DNA of 64,000 bases. Origin: Vitrella brassicaformis CCMP3155. Taxonomy: Eukaryota > Protista > Chromerida. A program made the translations under genes and the position numbers. Below the pieces are notes generated by a model. The model worked only from the letters and a program-made list of their open reading frames with translations, ran no database searches and was not told where the DNA came from. How positions within the stretch are numbered: the stretch's first letter is position 1; every line of letters starts with the position of its first letter. Positions 11,582-21,931 of this stretch are shown here, one piece after another. The DNA lies in the NCBI GenBank assembly GCA_001179505.1, contig CDMY01000478.1, positions 5,067 to 69,066 on the forward strand, in the 5' to 3' direction.

Positions 11582-13649
11582 AGCCCTGCCTGCCACGCAG
11601 GGCCCTGTGGGTGCCGGGGGCATGCCGCTGACCCTATCACCGCTGGGCCCTGCGATAGATACCTCAGGCACCGCACCTGACATACACACATACAGACGAG
11701 AGGAGCAGACATGAATGAAGGCTCGCCCGTTGTGTTTGTGTGTGTCTCCTGTGTGTGTACCTTGTCCAATCACGGCGGTCCCTGCGACCCCTGTCCATCG
11801 AGGGGTCGGCCAGCTGCCCTCCCACACCATACGCGAAGGCCTGGGTGCCACCCATATCGGGCTGAGGGCCGCCACCAGCGACGGGAGGCGCCGCTCCCTC
11901 GCCCGGTACAGCAGCGCGTTGCTGGGCCTTTTCTTTGCTGGTCTCGTCGATGAGGTAGCTGACGTAGTGCGTGTGCGTCCCTGGGTGCGATGACGAGCTC
12001 GCGCAGGTGGCCTGGGAAGATGCTGAAGAGCGAGCTGATGAAGTGGGAGTACTGGCCGGAGACCTCCTGGATGTAGCCGATGGGCATGAGGGTTATCTGG
12101 CCGCTGGGGTCCTTGCCCACAGGCGTGTGCACCACAGCGAGCCGGAACACTGAGAGATCGCAATAAACAGAGACACACACATCCCCACCTTAAGAGTGCG
12201 AGTGACACAGGCACGGGCCGGTCAGTGAGTGCATTGTGTTGCTCACCCTTTCGAGCGCCACGATGCCAAAGGCGAAGATGCGTTGATTGGGCGACTTCTT
12301 GAGCGCCTCGAGCACCGTGCGGACGTCAGGCAGCACCGAATACCGTGGCGGTATTCTTGAGCTCGTGGGTCGGATACTTGGGGAAGTACTTGCTCCCCTG
12401 GATCAGCACGCAAACACATGGCTACCCATCTCCCGCTGGCTGGTGCCGGAATCGCTCGTGATCAGATCCTTTATCAGCCGCTCGTGATCAGATTCCTTCT
12501 CCATCTCCTCGAGCGGCCCCAGCGGCACGTCAGCCGGACGCAATCCATGCGGGTTAGGAAGCAAGAAGGTGCTCTCACCAGTGGGCGCCGCGGCCGCCAG
12601 CTCCACGCCCTCTCCTTGCCCGCCCCGCTCGCCTGCGTCTTGCTCAGCTGCCGCGGTTTTCATGGGTCTATTGGACTTCTCCTGCCCATGGCGACTGCGG
12701 CAGGCTGGTTCTCGGTCCGTTGTGGTTGGCAGCAGCGTGGGGGCTGTTGGGCGCCTCCGGCGCCTTGTCGGTCTCCCCGTTGTGCGCTGCGGCGGCCGCG
12801 GACGAGGCCGTGTGGTTGGCAGAGAGCGTAGAGAGCTCCGGGAAGCCTGAGACAGGCAGACAGACAGACAGACGCATGAATGAGAAGCCCGACTCTGTCT
12901 TTCCCTCTGTCTGTCTGTCTGTCTGTGTGTATGCGTACCTGGATGGCAGCAGCGACGAGCGAGCTGTACTCCTTGTCTTGTGTGTGGTGTCCTTGACGTC
13001 GATGCCTGTCGAGAAGGGCTGCAGGATCGACATGAGCTGCCCGCTTGACGTGGTCCCGCACCTCGGTCCGGGGCATCTTGCTCTTGAGGAATGCCACGCA
13101 GCCCGCGATGGCGGCGTTGACGTCATGGCGCAGCTGATGCGTCAGCCACTGGTTGAGGTTGAGGTTCTCACACTGGACGAGCCCGTCGCTTAAACAGGAA
13201 GGGCGACGTGCTCGTCTGCATCAGCACCGCGTTAAGGCCCACCCGCCTCTCGTCGAGCACGTGTCGAGCAGTTTCCGCAGGACACACCCGGGGTCCCGCG
13301 CCCACATGTTGTTGAGGATGACCGTGAAGTGCCGGGGGAAGTCTGTCACCACCCGCCGCTGCACCGCCTTGGTGTTGCTGTGAGTCTGCGTGAAGTACTC
13401 GGGCACCAGCTGGTCCAGTAGCCACTGACCCACACACGTGAGGGTCCGCCATGTGGGCGGCGTCGTGAGGGATGCCAGCTAGTGCCGTGTTGAGCTCGTC
13501 GCTGTCTGCTTGCCCAGCAACGACTCGCTGAAGGCTCCTAACCCCTCCTCTCCGCCACCCTCCCCATCACCGTCGAGCAAACCCTCCTCCTCGCCGTCAT
13601 TGTCACCACTGTCACCACTGTCAAACGTCCGGCTCCACCAGCCCGCCGT

Positions 13650-13752
13650 CGTTGACAATGTCCGCCTCAATCACCTCATTGTTGCCGTGCTCGTCCGCCA
13701 CGTTGACAATGTCCGCCTCAATCACCTCATTGTTGCCGTGCTCGTCCGCCAC
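13650..13752 (-). repeat. 2 x 51 bp tandem duplication encoding (V)ADEHGNNEVIEADIVN in an acidic linker
   Basis: gttgacaatgtccgcctcaatcacctcattgttgccgtgctcgtccgccac starts at 13651 and 13702. Confidence 0.9.
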
Positions 13753-13783
13753 CACATCGGTGTGGTCGGTGGCTGCGATGCCT

Positions 13784-16638
13784 TCAAGCCCTCCCCAGCT
13801 CATGGTCCTCCCGCGCCATCCTCTCCTGCTCCACCAGCTCCTCCACAGTCAGCCGATCTCTCTCGTCTGGGGCCATCCCTCCCTTGATGAGCCGCGAGGC
13901 CATCTCAAGGTCTCGCACGGCCTCCTGCCGCTCCTCCACCCGTATGGCCTCGTCCCTGCTCCGGTCCTCGTCCCAGCTGCCCTGGATGATCTCTGCGGCG
14001 GCCTTCTCGACTATTTGCACCAGCCAGCGGTGTCGGTCCTCGGCCCGCTGCAGCGTGACCAGCTGGCTGGCGGTCTCGGCAAGGGATGCCAGCTCGGTGG
14101 GCGTGGCTGTGGGGCTGGCTGCCGTCTCGACGGCCTTGCGCAACGCCGCTGTCTCCTCCTCCATGGGGGCCGCGAAGTACTGCTCGAAGGCGGGAGTGAT
14201 GCTCTTGCCCTTGAAATAGAAGACGGTGAAGAACTGCTGGTGGGCTGGGCTGTCGGGGGCGAAGAACTTTCCCCTATGGTTGAGGACCTTGTCCATGTGG
14301 GGGGACAGCAGCAGGTGGACCAGGAGCGAGCACAGGCCGTATGTGTCGGCGGCCCGACTGAAGGGGCCGTGCTCGGGAGGAGCGGCGCCACTGCAGAGGT
14401 GCCCCACTGTGCGGCGGAGGCTGGTGAGGGACTTGAGGTTGCTGGCGGGGTCCGTGTGCGGGGGGTTGATGGGCGACAGGTCAACGTCCTTGGCGTGTGT
14501 GGGTGGGGGCTCGAGGGGTGACTCGGCCGCGGCGATGGCCTGGGACATCTCCAGGTCCACCCACCGGTCGGCCAGATGCCCGCCCATCACCCCATCGCTG
14601 GATGGTCGCCACTCCACCAGAATGTTGGTGCCGCTGGCGTCGCCGTGGATCACCCCAGAGGCGAAGATGTCCGCCAGGGAGGCCAGTGCGGACAGGGCGA
14701 GGGCTCGGTAGTGGGGGGAACTCACGGCGAGCTGCTCGAGGGTGGTGGTCAGCCTGTCGGTCTTGTTGAGCAGGTCCATGTCTGGCAGCAGGTCGGCCCT
14801 GGTGGAGATGAGGTCGGCGAGCGACACGGCGTCCGACCATACAGGGTCCTGCAATGCCGCATCGATGGCCGCCTGCTGCTCCGCGTTCCTCCTGGCCTCC
14901 TCCGCCTGAGCAGCCAGTGCCGGCCCCCTCTCCGCATAGAAAGCGGCCAGCGTGGCGGGGCTGACGGCGTCTTCGAGGCGGACGCCCGTGAACTCCTCCG
15001 ACTGCATCTCCCTGTCGAACTCCTCCCTGGCGGCGTCGATGGCGGGCGATGCGCGGGAGTCCAGTTGCTGGCGCAGCTGCTCGGCCACTGGTGGTGGGAG
15101 GAAACCTGCAAAAAGATGTATACCGAAATGTAGGAAGCGGTCAGTGCCCCGCCCTCGTGTTGTGTGGGTAGGCTTACTGATGTAGTCGGAGAGGTAGAAG
15201 AAGCCCCTCACGCCTACAACAGTGTCCCGAAATGGCCTCTGCTGCCGCACGAACTGCACTGGGTAGACGCCCGGCGCTGCCTCGCCTCGCCCTTGTGGCC
15301 AGGGGAAGACATGGCCGGCCGGCACGTGCCCATAGGCCGCCAGTCGTGGGACGATGCTGCCTCTTCTCGCCGCCAGTCGACTTATCACCGCCACCTCGTG
15401 CCTCAGCTTGTTGCCCAGCTGCACCACATGAGCGCCGCTGAGCTCAGCGGCTGGGGGCTCCCCCATGCCCTGTGGCAGGGCGCACTTGAGGACGAGGCGG
15501 CGGCCGGCTGACTGGCCCTCGACGACAGCGAAGGCCGTGTTACTCTGCAGCAGGTGCTGGCCGGCTGCTCGGAAACTAGACAAGAGATCCAGCGACTCGG
15601 GCGTGATGGTGGGCGGGCCATCCGTGTCCGTTGGTGGGGCAGGGGCGAGCCTCGCTTGTGGCAGCAGCGGCGACGACGCATCTGACCCCCCCTCGTCCTC
15701 CGTGTCGCCCTCTGCCGGCAGGCCTGCGATGGGCTGTTGCCGCTGGTGGCAGTCCTCCTCCTCTATCAACACCTCTCTCTCCTCTCTCCTCCCCTCCCCA
15801 CAGCTCCCCTCTCCCTCCGTGGCTGGTGCTGGCGATGGCGGTGACGGTGCGGGCGGGGCTTGGGGTGGGGCTTGGGGTCTGGCGCGGCTGTCCTCCTCGT
15901 CTATCAACACCTCCTCCTCCTCATCCTCCTCCTCCCTCCTCTCCCTCTCGCCTCCCTCCTGCTGCCGCTGGTGGCTGGTGGCTGGCAGACTGCGGCTGTC
16001 CTCCTCCTCGCCCATCATCACCTCCTCCTCCTCCTTGTCCCTCCTCATCTCCCTCTCCCTTCCCTCTCCCTCCCTGGCAGGGGCAGCAGCCGGCGGGATG
16101 ACCATCCTGGACCTCGCGATGGGCGGGCGGATGGCTGCAGCGTGGCGCTGCGTGCGGCCAGTGCGCATGAGCCGATGTGGGGCGCCATACAGGCGGATGG
16201 CGGAACAAAGCCCCAGCCAGGAGCATGCGCGGCCGGAACACCCGATGCAGCGATGGGAGGCGGCTGGTAGAGGTGCTGCTGCATCGTGTTGGGCGGGGCC
16301 GGCATGGCAGGTGGCGCATGCGCGCCGATGGGCGCCGCGGTCGCACCATACGAGTCCTGCCGAGCCCGGAGGCAAGGCGGACAGACGAATGGGTTGACGC
16401 GCGTGCGCCAGGGAGCGCCACGCGTGTGGGGTGTGCGTCGCGGCGTTCGCGCTGGCGGTTTGCACCGCCTCCGAGCGGGGGTCCGCTCTGTCAGCCTGAG
16501 GGGCACAGGGGGAGGGGGCGGCCACATGCAAGAGGGGTGTTGCGGGTGCTGGTGCTGCTGTTGCTGCTGATAGAGCTGCGTGAGGGCGGGTGCCATCCCG
16601 CAGAGGACGACCTGCTGCTCATATACGAATGAAGGCAT
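13784..16638 (-). CDS. Atypical ePK-fold protein kinase with Q/P- and E-rich N-terminus; probably frameshifted (possible pseudogene)
   Basis: 915-aa ORF 13784..16531 has LVLK (subdomain II Lys), RHEVAVISRL (III), VPRLAAYG (IV), VIHGDASGTNILV (catalytic loop), WVDLEMS (DFG equivalent), ADTYGLCSLL (IX) and GMAPDERDRLTVEELV (XI). There is a probable in-frame 72-nt intron at 15106-15177. The most protein-like N-terminus (ATG 16638, MPSFVYEQQ...) is in another frame and switches near 16140. Confidence 0.75.
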
Positions 16639-17506
16639 CGTCGTTGTTGCCGTCGATGTCCTTGAATATGAGCAGCAGGCAAGAAAGAAGAGCTCGCAGA
16701 TAAGCTCGCAGGCTCGGAAGGAGAAGAGAGGAGAAAAATGCGCATTGACGGTCTAGATACGTCAGGGACCAGCTCATATCTCGAGCACTGCAGTGTGTTG
16801 GGGTGCATGGGCGCCGTGTGTGCGTCTGCGTGCAGGCAGCCGCAAGGAGCACGATATTTGAAGAGATGCACTGACATAGGTGAAGGACGCAACACTGACA
16901 CACTCTGGCGTATGTACCGCTGGGCCATGGGTTGTGGCTGCAGGCGTGGTCTCACCTGTCCAGTCCTATGGGTGGCTCACGGTCATTCACACACCTGGCA
17001 CAGCTGCCGTGCGACTTTATCTAATGCCCGATGATCCCCATGTAGCTGTGGATGGGTGTGTCGGCTTTCCAATCGCTGCTGTGTGTCGGCAGATATGTGG
17101 CGCTGCCTATCGTCGTTTTGGTTGATCTGTCGTCAAGTAGAGTATTCGCCCGTGTTCGTAGTCGCCTGGATACACAGTGGGAGGGATGGAGGTGGTGCTG
17201 GTCGTTGTTGCGGCTCTCTTGCTGGCCGTCCACACAAGTAAGAGCAGAGAGGCACCACACAAGTAAGAGCAGAGAGGTTCTCCACTGCTGTTCTGCTGTG
17301 TGCAGGTTCGCCGTCTGTCGTCACAGCTTTACTCTCTTGCTGACCTGCCGTGACGACACCAGCAGCGGCCCATCAGCACTGTGTGTGTCGGCCATTGTGC
17401 GTCTCTATCTGAAGGGCGGCAGCAGAGGGAGACTAATCTCGCACACACCGCACGGGTGGCTGTCTGGGGTCTGCCTGATGTCGCACTTTGGGACGTGTTT
17501 CGTTTG

Positions 17507-18400
17507 GATCTCTCTCGCCCTTCATGGGTTCCCTGCTGAGCTGCTGCTTCTTTGCCCCGCTGTTTGTCGGACTGTGTGGATGCCTGCACACCAACACACA
17601 GGTCAGTTTGTCGGCAGCGCCGGCCGCACACAAACAGGCAGAGAGCACAGACACCGACATCAATCTCTCTCTCTCTCTCTCTGTGCGTGTGTGTGCAGCC
17701 GTCTACTGATCCATCATTGTTCATCGGCCCCGCCCCCCTCACTGCGTCGCGGCCGCCCCCACTCGCCACTCCCGCCGCCCCTTCGCCACTCACAAGGCCC
17801 TTCGCCAGCGGGAACCGTCATGACTGGGCTGGCCTGGCTGGCAGCTCACGTCACCGTTGACCTCATCTACAGAATGGTCAAGAGGCACCCGTCATACCCA
17901 CCCGGTGAGCTACATGGGCGTTGCAGTCCACACCCTCGAGGAGCGCACCGTCGACGTCGGCCTGCCCGTCAGTGAGGGACTTGCCGGCAAGGGCGACAGC
18001 TCCTTCGACCCCATCCGCCTTATCGTCCAACGGCCGCCGAGTGAGTGAGTGAGCGATGGAGGAGCAAGGCAGCCAGAGCGGGATGGAGGGAGGGAGGAGT
18101 GCATCGCTTGCTGACCCGCCCACGGCTGTGCAGCATGGATGTGTGCGCCACGCCTTTAGGTAGCGAGCGGCCCCGATTCGTCGGCCTCCCCCTCGGCTTT
18201 CCCTTTGGGCCTGTATACTTCTAGATGGCAGTTTCCATGGGTGGGTGACCGACACATTCGCACACACAGAACTGGGCTGCTCCTGGCTGTCTGGTCATCC
18301 GTCTGTGTGTTTGTGCCTTCAGGTGCCCATTGTTGCGGTCCGTGCGGTAGCTAGTGGTGACTGCAGTGGAGGTTTGTTCGGTTCGACCGACTGACGGATG
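17507..18400. repeat. Left arm of a ~0.9 kb inverted repeat pair (partner 59365-60326)
   Basis: Sequence is the reverse complement of 59365-60326, with substitutions and one internal replaced segment. Both ORF sets share RNNGHLKAQTH..GAAQF.VCECVGHPPMETAI and VSYMGVAVHTLEERTVDVGLPVSEG.AGKGDSSF.PIRLIVQRPPSE. Confidence 0.92.
17524..18159 (+). pseudogene. Decayed signal-peptide + Crinkler-type ubiquitin-like header gene (copy 1)
   Basis: Exon 1 MGSLLSCCFFAPLFVGLCGCLHTNTQ|gt; exon 2 PSTDPSLFIGPAP... It has a short frameshifting deletion, and the first half of the header is replaced relative to copy 2. The C-terminal header motif AGKGDSSFDPIRLIVQRPP|gtgagt is retained. Confidence 0.6.
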
Positions 18401-18860
18401 TGTACAAAGGGCACTTGAAGAAGCTTCGCTCCCGCCCGAGAGACTCTCGTACGTAAAATGACCCGCGAGTTTTTGTGTGTCGATGCCTTCACTGCACGCA
18501 TGAGAAGAGCTCGAGGGTTGTGCGACTGGATGAATGGATGGATGTGTGCGTGTGGGTGGGTTTGTGGGTAGAAAAGGCCACTCAGACGCATCCATGTCAT
18601 CAGTGCGTGTGAGACCGTCCGCTGCTCGCTTCGTACTCCTCCGTTGTCCAGTCCACAGAGGATGCACACACCTTCACTGTCGCTAGACCCATTCATTCAC
18701 TGATCGGATTTGTGAGCGGATCAAAACGACGCTGGGCTCTCATGCACAAGTGCACACACTGGTGGTTCTCTCCTAGCACACGTACGCATGTGTCTGTCAA
18801 TCAGCTGGGCTTATGCACAGACGTCCCAAGACTCACACATCAACGCGGCCCAAAGCCTGG

Positions 18861-21660
18861 CTATCGGACGCTGAGCAGGTATCCGGTGAGGTATTCACTC
18901 TCGGCATAGAAGGGGTCCCGAGGATGGTCCCCAGACGCATGCAGCTCACGCACCACACAAAGCTGCACATGAACACACACAGATGACGCAAACGGACCCT
19001 GACGGCTGGCTGCCCGGTGGCACACCCGTGTTGATTGCCTGCCTGTCTGTTGGCTTGCTGTGCGGCCAGCTTAAGCACGTCGAGGAAGGCGCCGCTGTGG
19101 GTGACCACCTGCAACCACCACACACACACACACACACATTTATAGGGCCGCCTGCAAGTGTGTCCCGTTGTGTGTACCTGTGAGCATGTGCACGTCAGCA
19201 GGAGGCCCTCAGACCTCACCAGCTGACCAAACCACACACACACACACACAGGCAGGAATCAACGAAGATACCAACGATAAGTAAATGCTTTATATGATGT
19301 ACCCACACGTACCTTGATGACGGCAGCATTGAGGTGCACCAGCTGCTCGACGGCCTCTCCCACGCCCCCTCCCTCTTCCCATGCCGACGTGCCACCCACG
19401 TTGGCCCTCTTGGGTGGGTCGCACACCACCAGGTCATAGACGCCGCCCGCCTCGCCCTCCCGACACACATACTCCATGACGTCGCTCTGCACCGCCCTCA
19501 CGTGGCCCTCCAGGCCGTTGAGCTGCGCGTTGCGGTGGAGTGTGGCGATGGCCTCGGGCGAGTGGTCGACGGCGGTGATCGACACAGCCATGGGGGTGGG
19601 AGGGGGGCGGGATGACTGTTGTTGGGCGGTGGCCAGGTGGTGCTGGTACGCATGGGCCATGTTGAGGGCAAACCCACCTGGGGTGGTGTGGTAGATGGAA
19701 TGGCCAACAGGACATAGATACATGTGTGTCTCAGCGAGGTGCTGGTGTGTGCCTACTTACCTACCTGTGTATGAGAAGAGGTCGAGGCCTCTGCATTGCC
19801 TGACGGCCGACCACTGCGTGTGGTGCCTCTGTGAGACGTCGCGCCAGCTCCTCTTGTGCTCGCCACTAATGCGATCCAATAGACGCGAAAACAGGTCGCG
19901 CACCTGACCAGCCATACATATCAGACACACAGAGACATGGGCTGCCTTTCTTTCTGTCTGTATGAGTGTGTGTTGAGTGGTGTACGGTACGTATGTACCA
20001 TTAGCCTGTTGTCCCTCATGTCGATGAACCACCCGGTCTTCTGGCCGCGCCACGGCGACACCTCATACCGCAGCCCGCCCTCACATATACACACCGGCGA
20101 CCCGTCACTCGCACCTGCACACGCACATCAATGGCCGGCCATCTATCTGCATTCATTCGTATGAGCACCCTTGTCTGTCTGTCTGTCTGTCTTTGTGTTG
20201 TGTCCGCACCGCTGGGCCCCTGGTTGGCGGCTGGGGTATGGTCGCCTCTCTTGGGCTGCCAGCCGTCCACTTTGAGCTGGCCCATGCTGCGACGCCACCA
20301 CACGGCCGGCCGGCTGCCCTCATGGTGGGCATCAGTATCGCCACGTGAGAGGGGACGGGACAGCTGGGAACGGAGCGCCTGATGTCATTCATGCATGTAA
20401 CAACCAGACAGGGCAGTGAGTGAGTGAGTGCATCTCTGATGGACGAGCAGCGCAGTGTCGCCTTGTGTGTGCCGTGCCGTGTGTGAAGATTTGTCAACTG
20501 ACATGCATACATACATACATACGTGGTGTATCTCCGGTCGCCATATCTCTGTCCACAGCGCCGATGGCCTGACGACGACGTGGCGGGCGTAGACATCGAC
20601 ACAGAGTCCCGAGAGCCCGTCGCCCTCCACATTGACCAGCCGATAGGCATCGGTGACCCCCTCACACGGGAGACCCAGACACAGCCGTCGCTGAGGTGTA
20701 ACAAACAGCACACAATATGCACACGCAAGCACTGCACTGCACTGCTGCCTCCCATGTCCCACAGCCGGTATGCATTTCTTACGCACGTTCCTGGCCCGCC
20801 GTATTTTGTCGTGCATCATGGTGTGTACGTCCATTGTGTCGCTGGCACTTGAGGCAGCCCCCATGGCCATGAGCCGGACACGAAAGACCGACAGCGGGTT
20901 CCAGAAGCCCCACCCCAAGACCTCTCCCCGGCCGTCCACCGCCACCGCCAGGCAGCCTGGCGGCGCACTCACGGGGGCGGTGCGGATGTGCACCGATGAA
21001 GGACCAGTCAAAGCACACCACGCAACGCTGCACAGCGAGAGGAAAAGCCAACACCACACGTGACAAGAGTGCCCCTACCACTGCCTGCCCCTCCCTGCCT
21101 CACCGTCTGACGGCGGGTGCCCGCACGACAGGCGAGCCCTCCTCCCAGTGGTTGGGGTACCGACCCACCGCAGAGGCCAGCTTCTCATGGTCGCCCTCAC
21201 GCCGCACACACACCACACACACGTGACGCTGCGCCTCACGCCACTCCAAAGGAGCCCGGCCGGCAGGGAAGGCGAAGTATCGACACACCAGCCCACGAAC
21301 CGCCGCAGACAGCCACACGGGCAGCTCGGCGAGGGACAGATCAGAGGGGGGTAAGTCTATGTGCCAGGCCGACTGCTGCTGGGCGGCTGCCAGGGCATCG
21401 CTCTCCTCGGCAGATGAGCAGATCGCCCGTTGGTCCAGTTGCTGCCTTCTTATAGCTGCGAGGGCCTCAGCTGCCGCCTGCTGAACCACCCCTGATGACG
21501 GCCGGTGCTTGTGAGTCGGTGCGGCATCCTCTTTGGGCGGGTAGGGACTGCCGTGGCGAGTGGCCTCGACCGTCGCGATGGGCCTTATCGACGCACGGCG
21601 GGCGGACACGATGAGATGAGGGCCTCCAAGCCGAGAGCTGACACACGTCCCTGTGAGCAT
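18861..21660 (-). CDS. rlmI: RlmI/RlmK-like SAM-dependent rRNA cytosine-C5 methyltransferase (PUA-like + MTase) with N-terminal extension
   Basis: Spliced motifs in order: [19 protein letters not shown]; [20 protein letters not shown]; [26 protein letters not shown]; [15 protein letters not shown]; [10 protein letters not shown]; YDLVVCDPP; [23 protein letters not shown] (TAG at 18861). The start ATG is approximate. Confidence 0.88.
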
Positions 21661-21931
21661 CACCAACTCATCACTTTGACACTCAAGCTGAAGATCTCTT
21701 CATAAAGTGTGAAGCCCGTCGCTCCATCAACCCCATAATTGCTTCACAGAGAGGAGAAACGAAGACAGGTGCCACGCATCTGAGCTCGCAAAGATCGAAG
21801 CGAAGCCGGGGAAAGCTGTGCGTCGATTTGGGAGCTGCATCGACACAGCCAAGTCCGTCGAGACTGTCTGCAACAAAAGGGTATCGAAAGGCGCCGCGGC
21901 CGAGGACGGCGGGAGCTGTCGTAGGCATCTG

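Larger units (their letters stand above)
9705..13430 (-). pseudogene. CNOT1: Frameshifted internal fragment of CCR4-NOT scaffold CNOT1/Not1 (HEAT, TTP-binding and CAF1-binding MIF4G regions), introns retained
   Basis: Stitching across frameshifts gives LLDQLVPEYFTQTHSNTKAV; ENLNLNQWLTHQL..AIAGCVAFLKSK; SKYFPKYPTHELK..VRTVLEALKKSPNQRIFAFGIVALER; PPPPISDQFVQIFNTVTIANVEQK; LLDFYIVSKRASKE; RQSLLK(N)LGAFVGQLTIARSHTIL(A)KDMSVREML; CKILEACKESK(D)FGRRNPRVSAILRLLGEIHGIKDLKTNLL. These follow the known CNOT1 motifs (FFPQYPDKEL, YVLEALRKP..SKMYYFGIAALDRF, RSLLKNLGHWLG.ITLAKNKPIL, NPWTMAIMNVLAELH..DLKLNL) in the correct order. Many single-base indels are needed. Confidence 0.88.

Noticed and set aside
11900-13450. 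MULE/hAT transposase or P-loop ATPase (YVSYLIDE resembles Walker B)
   Set aside because: There is no Walker A or DDE framework, and the surrounding peptides are explained in order by CNOT1.
5057-16397. Long plus-strand ORFs 5057-5884, 13652-14521 and 15465-16397
   Set aside because: They are antisense shadows of GC-rich minus-strand coding regions and have no independent motifs.
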